Shown here in pieces: positions 10,178 to 18,458 of a stretch of DNA of 64,000 bases. Both the position numbers and the translations under genes were made by a program. Numbering within the stretch: the stretch's first letter is position 1; each line of letters begins with the position of its first letter. The notes beneath the pieces are model-generated. The model was not told the DNA's origin, searched no databases, and saw nothing but the letters and a program-made list of their open reading frames with translations. The stretch comes from Chloroflexia bacterium (lineage in GTDB: Bacteria > Chloroflexota > Chloroflexia > QHBQ01 > JADMIH01), in contig DAOTTC010000019.1 in assembly GCA_034437815.1 (NCBI GenBank), positions 1,893 to 65,892 on the forward strand, read 5' to 3'.

Positions 10178-10326
10178 ACTCGACTACGCCGGTGGCGACA
10201 ATGTGAAGAGGGGTCGGAGCCCGATTCTGGTACTAATCGGAACGTGTATTTAGATGCGATGGCATCTATACATGGTTCCGAATAGAACTTACCATACATA
10301 GTTCTACCGACCAGGAGGAGTACATA

Positions 10327-10536
10327 ATGAACCTTAACGTTTTGGAGAAGTTGACCCGGCAAGCGCTCTCGCAGGGTGACATCACCGAGAAGAGCAACGA
10401 GATGCTCAGCAAAGGCTTTATCTCTCCCGTAGAGCATCGCTCGCTCAGCTCGCTCTCGTGGCAGATCGCCGCGAACATGAAGGCCACCGGCGAAGGCACC
10501 GTTGCATGGGCCAAACCTCTTGCGATCTGGTGGTAA
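10327..10536 (+). CDS. 69-aa Trp-rich small peptide, candidate precursor (ComX-like/RiPP-like)
   Basis: AGGAGG RBS at 10313-10318. Third codon positions are G/C-rich, which is coding-like. The C-terminus reads SWQIAANMKATGEGTVAWAKPLAIWW-stop. A promoter lies upstream and a hairpin downstream. Confidence 0.65.
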   Translation: MNLNVLEKLTRQALSQGDITEKSNEMLSKGFISPVEHRSLSSLSWQIAANMKATGEGTVAWAKPLAIWW

Positions 10537-10562
10537 ACCCCGGTCAAAGTTAGGGCCCGATT

Positions 10563-10596
10563 CCCCATACTCGTGAAGTATGGGGAATTTTCATTT
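10563..10596 (+). terminator. Intrinsic terminator/attenuator between the peptide and enzyme genes
   Basis: CCCCATACT-cgtga-AGTATGGGG (9-bp stem) followed by AATTTTCATTT. Confidence 0.6.
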
Positions 10597-10643
10597 AAGG
10601 CGAAGTTACCTTTATACTATAGATGAGATATGGAAGGCCCGAC

Positions 10644-11750
10644 ATGGAAGCGCGCACCGACCCCGCAGAACACACCAGCATCGCTTCGCTCTTACAGGCC
10701 TCTTACGAGGAGTTGAGAGCCTGTCTGCTCGCCTATGCGGACCTGCTGCCCCGTAGCTTGATCGAGATCGGCAAGCTGGCGCTGTCGGCCCCCGGCAAGT
10801 TGATGGGGGAACTGCCGTTGGAGGGCGGAGCGCTGCCCGCCCGCATGCCCCGCTGGCCGCTCTTCGTGCTGCTCAGCTATCAGGCCGCGTGCGAACCCTA
10901 TCGCAGGCATACATGGAGGGAAGCTCTGCCCGCGGCGGTGGCTGTGGAGGTGGCCATGGCTGCCGCCGACCTGCTGGACGAGTTGGCTGATGGCGACCCC
11001 AGCCCGGTGGCTGCCCGCTACGGCGAAGCACAGGCCGCCAACACCGCCAACCTGATGCTGGTTATGGCCCAGCAAATACTGGCACGGCACGCACTCGCCC
11101 ATGAAGGAGAGCGCAGGGCGCGCGCGCTGGTCGCCCTCCACACCCTGCAAGACACGCTGGTGCGGGCGGCGATTGGCCAGCACCTCGACATGCTCTACGA
11201 GAAAATGGGTCCGCACGAGGTCACTCTGGAGATGAGCGCACAGGTGACCGAATTGAAGGCAGGCACGCTGATAGCCGGGGCATTCCGCATGGGTGCGCTC
11301 ATGGCCGGGGCCGAAGCTCCGGTGGTGGACCTGCTCACCCGTGCGGGTAAGGAGCTGGGAGGCATTGCCCAACTGATCAACGATGTGGAAGATGTGCTGC
11401 CCCGAACGGCTGACCGACACGGAGAAGACCCGGAAGGGAATGCAGAGCCGCGCATCCAGCCCAAAACCGACCTGCAACTGCGCAAGCGCACACTGCCCAT
11501 AGTGTTCACTCTGCGAGACGACTCGCCCCAACCCAACGCCCTCCAAACCGCCTACGCCCAGCAGGAGCCGTGCGAGCAAGATGAAGAAGCTTTGAGGCAG
11601 GCGGTGGTGATCGCCGGGGGCGTGAAGTTCGCCGAGTTGATCATGAACGTGCACCGCCAGAATGCGGAACAGGCTCTTTCAGAGTTGGAGGCCCTGCGCC
11701 CCGGCGCCCGCGAGATCCTGTCTCCCCTGCTGGCCGCGCTGGATCAGTAA
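10644..11750 (+). CDS. Polyprenyl-synthase-fold protein with degenerate Asp-rich motifs (ComQ-like candidate)
   Basis: Motif-by-motif resemblance to trans-prenyl diphosphate synthases: AVEVAMAAADLLDELADGD, GQHLD, KAGTLIAGAFRMGALMAG, GGIAQLINDVEDV, KTDLQLRKRTLP. The DDxxD motifs are replaced by DLLDELAD (10968-10997) and NDVED (11379-11393). The start is ATG 10644 (GGAAGG RBS) or ATG 10623. Confidence 0.8.
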   Translation: MEARTDPAEHTSIASLLQASYEELRACLLAYADLLPRSLIEIGKLALSAPGKLMGELPLEGGALPARMPRWPLFVLLSYQAACEPYRRHTWREALPAAVAVEVAMAAADLLDELADGDPSPVAARYGEAQAANTANLMLVMAQQILARHALAHEGERRARALVALHTLQDTLVRAAIGQHLDMLYEKMGPHEVTLEMSAQVTELKAGTLIAGAFRMGALMAGAEAPVVDLLTRAGKELGGIAQLINDVEDVLPRTADRHGEDPEGNAEPRIQPKTDLQLRKRTLPIVFTLRDDSPQPNALQTAYAQQEPCEQDEEALRQAVVIAGGVKFAELIMNVHRQNAEQALSELEALRPGAREILSPLLAALDQ

Positions 11751-11856
11751 AGCCAAGCTGAGGAGCTGTGGGGCTATATGAGAGCCTACTTTCCACGGTC
11801 TACCCGGTTTACCGATCTCGATCTTGATCCCCAAGTCAGGAGGTGAGTCTGCCTTG

Positions 11857-14421
11857 ATGGATGTGCAGAAGGCCGGGCAGGGGCGGAAAAGCAGAAGGCC
11901 CCTGCGTAAGGTAGTGTTGGTGTTCAAAACCCACTTCGATCTAGGCTTCACCGACTTACCCTCGCAGGTGATGGCCTCGTACACAGGGCCTATGTTCGAG
12001 GCGGTGCGTAAAGTGATGGAAGCCACCGCCGCGCATGAGAAGGGCTTGCGCTATACGTGGACCCTGCCCGCATGGCCCATGAAGCAGTTGCTGCACGACC
12101 CCGACCTGCCCCAAGCCACCCGGCAGGCCGCCGCCGAGTTAGTGAAAGACGGACGTCTCTTCTGGCACGTGTGGCCCTTCACCACCCACACTGCTTTTTG
12201 CGGCCTCGAAGATCTGGTGCGGGGCATGCACATCTCGCGTGCCCTGTCCGAGGAATTTGGGGTGTGGCCTGCCGGCGCCAAACAGACCGACGTGCCCGGC
12301 CACACGTGGATATTCCCCTCACTGCTGGCACGCGCCGGGGTCAGGTTTCTGCATCTGGGTTGCAACCCCGGAAGCCACCCACCGCACGTGCCGCCCCTGT
12401 TTTGGTGGCAAGGGCCGGACGGGGCGCGCATCCTCACATGGTATTCAAAGGGTGGATATGGCAGTGCGCTCCTGCCGCCGGAAGACTGGCATCTGGATAC
12501 GTGGCTGGCGGTGCAGCAGACCGTGGACAACACCGGTCCGCACACCCCCGAACAACTGCTGGGTATGATAGAGCACATCACCGGCGGCGCGCCCAATGTG
12601 CAGGTGGTGTTCGGCCAGCTCGCCGACTTCGCCGACTCGCTTCTGGAGCACCCGGAGCAGTTGGAAGACCTGCCGGTAGTGCCCTACGATCTGGCCGATA
12701 CTTGGATACACGGGGTGGGTACCATGCCCCGCGAAGTGTCTAGGGTGCGTGCCCTGCGCCCTAAACTGCTTGCCGTGGAGTGCATGGCGGCGCTGGCTGA
12801 CTGGCCGGGCGCGCAACGCAACAGCACAGAGCAGGCTGCCGCACCAGCCGACTTCTCGCTGGCCCGCGAAGTTGCCGCCCATATTGACGCGGCCTACGAA
12901 CAGCTTATGCTGTTTGGAGAGCATACGTGGGGTCTGGACGTCAAATCTACCATCAAGTGGGAGTTCGAAGACTTCGAGCGGGCACGCCAGACCGAGCCTT
13001 ACAAACGTCTGGAGTCCTCGTGGGTTGCCAAAGCCGCCTACGTGGACAGGGCCGAACAAGCCTTGGAGCGCGCCCGCCAGCTCGTTCAGGAGGCGTGGGC
13101 CCGGATTGACGTGCCCACCCACCAGCCCGGGCCGCAACCCCCGTTGCAGTCCCAGCCACAACCAACTGACCTGCCCCTCAACGCCGGACGGGAACCGGAG
13201 AACGTGCTGGAGAACCGGTACCTGCGTGTGCAGGTGGACCCTGCGGCAGGGGCCATCACTTCGCTGGTGGATAAGCGCACCGGCCACGAATGGGTGGATG
13301 CCGGTGCAACCGGTTCTGAGCCGTTCGGCGGGTATAGATACGACATCTACTCCATAGCCGACATAGGCGAATACCTGCGCTCTTACGGCCTGCATTTGCA
13401 AGACTGGTTCATCCACGACTTCGGCAAGCCCGGCTACCCCGAAGATGTGCCCCACATCACTGCGTACGCCCGCGATTTCCAGCTGTCCAAGGCCCACAGG
13501 ACCGTGCGGCTGGCAGACGGGCAGCTCCGACCCGACATAGGTGGGCCGGGTGCGGCAAGCGGGGCGCGGGTGCCCGGCCAGAGGATAACTGTAAACATCA
13601 CCCTGCCCGATGATATCCCCTGTGTGGATTTGGAATACCGGATCGAGGGCAAGTCGGCCACGCCGCTGGCCGAAAGCGCAGTGGTGCCCTTCCCGCTCAA
13701 TCTGGCGAAGGTCGTTTACCGGCTGGGTCAGGTGGGCTCTGTGATAGACCCAGCGCGCGATATCATTGAGGGGGCCAACCGCACCCTGTGGTGCGTGGAT
13801 AAGTGGATAGATGCTACCGATGATAGATTGGGGCTTGCAGTCATACCGGTAGACATGCCCCTTGTTTCCGTGGGCACGACGGGCATATACACCTTCGACC
13901 CGGCACGCGTGCCCGGCGGCTCGACGGTCTATTCGCACCTCTTCAACACTCAGTGGGGCACCAACTTCCCTCAGTGGCTGGAGGGCGATTTCCGCTTCAG
14001 GATACGGTTGTTCCCCCACGCGGGCGACTGGCGGCAGGGTCGGGTGTGGCAGGTGGCGCACGACACCCTCTACCCACCCGACCCGGTGGATATGCCCGAA
14101 GCCGAGCGCTTGCCCCGGTTGTTGCCACTGCAAGCATCGGAGGGATTCCTGTTGCAGGCTGTTCGCCCCAGACACGATGGGGCAGGGCTTATCGTGCGCT
14201 ACTGGGACGCGCTCGGCCTGCCCAGACGGGTGAGCCTGCGAATAGCGGGGCCGGTGAGCAAAGTGTGGCGCTGTGACCTGATGGAACGGCCCATCGGCCA
14301 AGATAGCTTGCCCTTGACACCCGTGGAGCGAGGCGAGGGCGAGAGCGAGGGCGTGCGGCTGGATCTGGACATAGCGGCGCACGCCCTTGAAACGTTGCTG
14401 GTAGAGTTCCGACCCGGCTGA
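11857..14421 (+). CDS. Glycoside hydrolase, GH38-like / alpha-mannosidase superfamily (function tentative)
   Basis: The N-terminal VVLVFKTHFDLGFTD motif is typical of the GH38-type catalytic barrel. The ~855-aa ORF has strong coding bias. The start is ATG 11857 after an AGGAGG RBS; TTG 11824 and 11854 are alternatives. Confidence 0.75.
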   Translation: MDVQKAGQGRKSRRPLRKVVLVFKTHFDLGFTDLPSQVMASYTGPMFEAVRKVMEATAAHEKGLRYTWTLPAWPMKQLLHDPDLPQATRQAAAELVKDGRLFWHVWPFTTHTAFCGLEDLVRGMHISRALSEEFGVWPAGAKQTDVPGHTWIFPSLLARAGVRFLHLGCNPGSHPPHVPPLFWWQGPDGARILTWYSKGGYGSALLPPEDWHLDTWLAVQQTVDNTGPHTPEQLLGMIEHITGGAPNVQVVFGQLADFADSLLEHPEQLEDLPVVPYDLADTWIHGVGTMPREVSRVRALRPKLLAVECMAALADWPGAQRNSTEQAAAPADFSLAREVAAHIDAAYEQLMLFGEHTWGLDVKSTIKWEFEDFERARQTEPYKRLESSWVAKAAYVDRAEQALERARQLVQEAWARIDVPTHQPGPQPPLQSQPQPTDLPLNAGREPENVLENRYLRVQVDPAAGAITSLVDKRTGHEWVDAGATGSEPFGGYRYDIYSIADIGEYLRSYGLHLQDWFIHDFGKPGYPEDVPHITAYARDFQLSKAHRTVRLADGQLRPDIGGPGAASGARVPGQRITVNITLPDDIPCVDLEYRIEGKSATPLAESAVVPFPLNLAKVVYRLGQVGSVIDPARDIIEGANRTLWCVDKWIDATDDRLGLAVIPVDMPLVSVGTTGIYTFDPARVPGGSTVYSHLFNTQWGTNFPQWLEGDFRFRIRLFPHAGDWRQGRVWQVAHDTLYPPDPVDMPEAERLPRLLPLQASEGFLLQAVRPRHDGAGLIVRYWDALGLPRRVSLRIAGPVSKVWRCDLMERPIGQDSLPLTPVERGEGESEGVRLDLDIAAHALETLLVEFRPG

Positions 14422-14499
14422 AGCCCGCTTCGCGCTTGGATACCTGCGTTCGACTGTGTTCGGGTTTGTGTCGGTGCCGCGCCCACCGGAGGACTTGCC

Positions 14500-15012
14500 A
14501 TGAAGATCATCCTGATGGCCGCCGTCACCATTGACGGCAAGATCGCCCGCAACGAGCGCCATTTCGTAGACTGGAGCTCTAAAGAGGACAAGAAGCTCTT
14601 CTTCAGGGAGACCAAGCGGGCGGGCGTGGTTATCATGGGCAACAACACTTACAAGACCCTGCCCTCGCCACTGCCGGGGCGATTGCACATAGTGCTCACA
14701 GCCAACCGGTCGGACAAGACCGACCTGCCGGGGGTGGTGGAATACACAGACCGCCCTCCCGAAGAGATAGTGACCGGGCTGGAGGCACGCGGTTATTCGG
14801 AGGCAGTGCTCATCGGCGGCGCTCAGGTGAACTCCCTGTTCCTGAAGCGCGGGCTGGTTGATGAGCTGTGGCTGACTATCGAGCCGCTGATCTTCGGCTC
14901 AGGCATAGACCTGCTCAGGGGGGCCGACTTCGACCTGAGGGCTAGGCTCACCCGCATCGAGCGGCTGAACGAAACAGGCACGGTGCATCTTCGCTACAGC
15001 CTGAGGCCGTAA
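14500..15012 (+). CDS. Dihydrofolate reductase family protein (RibD C-terminal-like reductase)
   Basis: MKIILMAAVTIDGKIA...VIMGNNTYKTLP...LHIVLT is characteristic of RibD_C/DHFR-like reductases. Confidence 0.85.
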   Translation: MKIILMAAVTIDGKIARNERHFVDWSSKEDKKLFFRETKRAGVVIMGNNTYKTLPSPLPGRLHIVLTANRSDKTDLPGVVEYTDRPPEEIVTGLEARGYSEAVLIGGAQVNSLFLKRGLVDELWLTIEPLIFGSGIDLLRGADFDLRARLTRIERLNETGTVHLRYSLRP

Positions 15013-15094
15013 AAGAGTTCGGTGTTACGACCGACGCGCATCTGTGCTACAATACTAGTGCTGTTGTACAGCCCATAGGGTGCAACGCACAGGT

Positions 15095-15232
15095 GGGGTA
15101 TGGGCAGGGCAGGTCCATGCCATGGCATGGCAGGGCATGGACCCCTTCTCACACCTCAGGACTTTCTGCACCAGCGTTATGCTGTTATGCTAGTGTTCCG
15201 GGCGCAAGTCTTGCCTCTTGAGTATGCACTAG
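15095..15232 (+). repeat. Dispersed intergenic element, copy 1 (G-rich hairpin head plus TGAGTATGCACTAG tail)
   Basis: The head gggcagggcaggtCCATGCCATGGCATGGcagggcatggacc includes a 16-bp perfect palindrome at 15115-15130. The tail TTGAGTATGCACTAG lies at 15218-15232. Confidence 0.5.
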
Positions 15233-15233
15233 C

Positions 15234-16193
15234 GTGGGGAAGACACAACAAACCGTGGAGCATACGCACCCACACCGGCGCCAATACCCATACCCGCTGC
15301 CGATAGCACGCGGGTTGGCCGCAGCCGAGCAGACCTGTGCTCAGGATGGGACTTTGGCCTGTCATGATGCCGTGCTCTTCTTGGCCGACGCCATCACATA
15401 CTACCTTGGGGCGGTGGCGGTGGCCCAGTATATGCAAGCCGTGTACGGGGGGCGGATAAAGCCCGACCCCACCCTCAACCGTAGCCTGCGGAATCTGCGG
15501 CGGGTGCTGCCCGGCCAGTGGCTTGGTTGGATAAGCAAGAGCCTCGCGGTCACCCAAGATGCGCCCATCCCCGACCTCAACCGGTGGTACAACCACAAGC
15601 AGGGTGGTGAGCTAGCCCTTGCCTATCAGACCCTGCACCGTGTTATGGTCGAGCAACTGGCTTACATGGGCGATTACGGTCCACAGGATATTGTTTCCCC
15701 TCGTCTATTGCTGGAGCTTATCGACCAGTACAGGATCAGGCGGGGCAAAGCCCTCAACCGAATCGGGCGCTTACCCGCGCAACTGGAGGCGGAGGTGGCG
15801 GGGGCTTTGCTGGCAGGTGAGCGCGCCCTGTTGCAAGGCACTGACCTTTTCACAGACTACCTTATGTACGCTCCCCATGCGCGCCAGCTTCTGATGGGGC
15901 AAGAGCCGGTCACGCCCGTGCCGCCCATCGTGGCCCCCGCTGACGCCGAAGCCAGCATCCTGCTTTACCCACCGGGCAAAGCGCACGACCACGACTACAC
16001 AGGAAGGTCTGACTCGTACTTCGGGCCGGCACCGCTGTTCCCACTGGACCCGCTGCTGATTTACGCGCGATGCGCCCAGTGCGACCGCTTCCGGGTAGCT
16101 GCTCTTCAGGGCGTAGAGGACGGCGCACCATTCTATCTGGGGCTGGATCCCGAATGCAGGCACACAATCAGGCCCGCTCACCATGTACCCTAG
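15234..16193 (+). CDS. Hypothetical protein (C-terminal Cys/His cluster CAQC...C.H)
   Basis: Long ORF with G/C-rich third positions and no motif I recognise. The GTG start is uncertain (15234 or 15255). Confidence 0.6.
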   Translation: MGKTQQTVEHTHPHRRQYPYPLPIARGLAAAEQTCAQDGTLACHDAVLFLADAITYYLGAVAVAQYMQAVYGGRIKPDPTLNRSLRNLRRVLPGQWLGWISKSLAVTQDAPIPDLNRWYNHKQGGELALAYQTLHRVMVEQLAYMGDYGPQDIVSPRLLLELIDQYRIRRGKALNRIGRLPAQLEAEVAGALLAGERALLQGTDLFTDYLMYAPHARQLLMGQEPVTPVPPIVAPADAEASILLYPPGKAHDHDYTGRSDSYFGPAPLFPLDPLLIYARCAQCDRFRVAALQGVEDGAPFYLGLDPECRHTIRPAHHVP

Positions 16194-16314
16194 CACACGA
16201 GCACACGTTCATGGTGTCGCGTGAGGGGTGGGACAAGGAGGCACAGCCCATCTACATCTAATCCTCTACTCTGTTGGATAAGCACATAAAGAAAAGACTA
16301 AGGAGGGCATAACC

Positions 16315-16767
16315 ATGGGAGCTATCTTGGATGCGGCTATTAATTTTTTCAAAGAGGACGAGTGGTCCTTCACGCAGGTTGAAGACCGGCCCATCCTCAC
16401 AATGGCCTTCACTGGCAAAAACGGCACGTGGGCGTGCTATGCGCGCGCCGTAGAAGATAAGGACATATTCGCCTTCTACTCTTACTGCCCCGTGAAGGCG
16501 CCTGAGGACAAGCGACCTATTATGGCCGACTTCCTGACCCGTGCTAACTACGGGCTGTACGTGGGCAACTTCGAGATGGACTTCAACGACGGCGAGGTGC
16601 GCTATAAAACCAGCATAGACGTAGAAGGCACTGAACTCAACTCCGCGCTGATCAAAAGGCTGGTCTACGACAACCTCATCGTCATGGACAAGTACCTGCC
16701 CGGCATTATGGCGGTCATATTCGGAGGCGCATCCCCTACCGAAGCCATAGCACAAGTAGAAAACTAA
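16315..16767 (+). CDS. YbjN domain-containing protein (T3SS-chaperone-like fold)
   Basis: The sequence pattern FFKEDEWSF...MAFTGKNGTW...FYSYCP...LTRANYGLYVGNFEMDF..GEVRYKTS is typical of the YbjN family. Confidence 0.8.
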   Translation: MGAILDAAINFFKEDEWSFTQVEDRPILTMAFTGKNGTWACYARAVEDKDIFAFYSYCPVKAPEDKRPIMADFLTRANYGLYVGNFEMDFNDGEVRYKTSIDVEGTELNSALIKRLVYDNLIVMDKYLPGIMAVIFGGASPTEAIAQVEN

Positions 16768-16777
16768 GCCCGACGCG

Positions 16778-18175
16778 GTGGCTGCGGTGAGACCGGGTGC
16801 TGTTTTGCGCTTTGTCGGCCTGTTTCTGACCCTCGTTGGACTGCTTGGCCACTTTTACTGGGCGATAAGCGGTGGCCTCGTGAGAGAAGGCCACTGGGTG
16901 GGCATGGACTTCCATGTCTATTATCAGGCTGCGCTGGTGCTGCGCCGGGGCGAAGACATCTACCATGCAGGCATCTCCCCGCTGTATGTGTACCCTCCAA
17001 CCCTCGCGGTACTGGTAGTGCCTCTCAGCTTCTTGCAGGCAGACCACGCCACAATCCTGTGGAAGCTGAGCCAATACGCTTGCTTGATGCTGGCAGGCGT
17101 GCTGTTGGTCAATCTTCTGCCGCCCCGCGCTCGCCCGCTGGTGGGCGGGCTGTTGATGCTGGGTTGGCTCACCTCGCCGTTCCGCGATGAAGTGCACTTC
17201 GGCGAGTCAAACAGCTTGGTACTTGCGCTGGTGGTGGGTTCGGTGTGGCTCATAGCGCGCACACAGTCAGAGCAGCCGGCTCGCATCCGCCTCTCGCTGG
17301 CGCTGGCCGGGTTTCTGCTTGCGCTGGCGGTGAGCATCAAGGTGTTGCCGGTTTTGCTGGTAGCACTGCTGTGGTGGCGCGGGCCGAGGGTGGTGGCCGC
17401 TGCGGCCACGGGCGGCTTTGCGCTGTTGCAGTTGCTCACTCTGGCTGTTGTGCCCGCCACCGCTTACTATTGGCTGGTGGAGTTTCCGGGCCTGTTCGGG
17501 CAGGCATTCCCTTTCCCGGATAACCAGAGCCTGAACGCGGTTATCGCCCGCGCCCTGCTCCCCACCGATCCTACCCAGCCGCCCACCCAACTGGCCGATG
17601 GGGCAGCGGTGCGCCCCGTCCTGACTTGGGCGGCCAATCTGACCGTGCTGGCCGCTGCTGCATGGGTGCTGTGGTCGTCGCGCAGAGTTACCACGGCGCA
17701 CGACTACGCGGGGCGCAACATCGGTCTGCTGTTGCAGGTGGGGCTTGTGTTGTTGACCACCCACCTCGTATCAGGCAGCACATGGGTGCACCATCTGGTA
17801 GCCCTCAGCGTGCCCATCACAGGGCTGGTAGGCGCGTGGTGGTTGGCATGGTCAGATTGGTCAACGCATCGGTGCCTGCCCACGTCCGATACACCGGCGC
17901 ACGCAGCGGGAGACGGCCACCCGGAAGGCCGATTGAAGGGCAGCGAGGCGGGCACAGTGGGGCTTGCGCTGTTGCTGGGAGGCGCATATGGCCTCCTGCT
18001 CTGGAGACCTTCGGAGTGGTGGGCAGTGGCGGGCCAACTTGCTTACGGCAACGCACTGCTGGCGCTGATAGCCAGCAGTATGGCCACTTGGGTAGTAATC
18101 GCTCTGTGGCTGGCTGTGGCCTTCACCCTGAGGCGAATGGGCAGAGTGGGCAGCACTCCCAATAACGGCGGTTGA
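16778..18175 (+). CDS. Glycosyltransferase family 87 / DUF2029 polytopic membrane protein
   Basis: Multi-TM protein with the DFHVYYQAALVLRRGEDIY motif typical of DUF2029 mannosyltransferase-like enzymes. Confidence 0.8.
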   Translation: MAAVRPGAVLRFVGLFLTLVGLLGHFYWAISGGLVREGHWVGMDFHVYYQAALVLRRGEDIYHAGISPLYVYPPTLAVLVVPLSFLQADHATILWKLSQYACLMLAGVLLVNLLPPRARPLVGGLLMLGWLTSPFRDEVHFGESNSLVLALVVGSVWLIARTQSEQPARIRLSLALAGFLLALAVSIKVLPVLLVALLWWRGPRVVAAAATGGFALLQLLTLAVVPATAYYWLVEFPGLFGQAFPFPDNQSLNAVIARALLPTDPTQPPTQLADGAAVRPVLTWAANLTVLAAAAWVLWSSRRVTTAHDYAGRNIGLLLQVGLVLLTTHLVSGSTWVHHLVALSVPITGLVGAWWLAWSDWSTHRCLPTSDTPAHAAGDGHPEGRLKGSEAGTVGLALLLGGAYGLLLWRPSEWWAVAGQLAYGNALLALIASSMATWVVIALWLAVAFTLRRMGRVGSTPNNGG

Positions 18176-18244
18176 CAGGGGCTGATCTAAGCCTCCTGTT
18201 GGAGAGTTGGGTGCAAGTGTCCCCAGCCCTTTACTTTTCCTCAG

Positions 18245-18355
18245 CATATTGGTGGGGCTTGGCCCCAGATTCTGGGTGCAACGTGCTTCGTGGCCCCCGA
18301 AGGGTACGTGCTGCTTTCATATTGGTGGGGCTTGGCCCCAGATTCTGGGTGCAAC
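18245..18355 (+). repeat. 38-nt direct repeat x2 (period 73 nt) of a dispersed hairpin element
   Basis: CATATTGGTGGGGCTTGGCCCCAGATTCTGGGTGCAAC occurs at 18245-18282 and 18318-18355. Each copy contains the GGGGC-ttg-GCCCC and CCCAG-att-CTGGG mini-hairpins. Confidence 0.85.
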
Positions 18356-18458
18356 CCACCGGATAGACGTGGTCGCACCGCGATGCCCGTCTGATGTATA
18401 ATCGGGGGTGAACCTGCGAACAGTCTTGCCCGAAAGCGATCAGGAGAAAGCCAGAGCC

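Noticed and set aside
10692-11654. 320-aa minus-strand ORF
   Set aside because: It is antisense to the polyprenyl-synthase-fold gene, whose motif series supports the + strand reading.
12445-14688. 747-aa ORF on the minus strand
   Set aside because: It is entirely antisense to the well-supported GH38-like gene and the RibD_C gene. It has no recognisable motifs and an Arg/Gly/Pro-rich composition typical of antisense frames in high-GC DNA.
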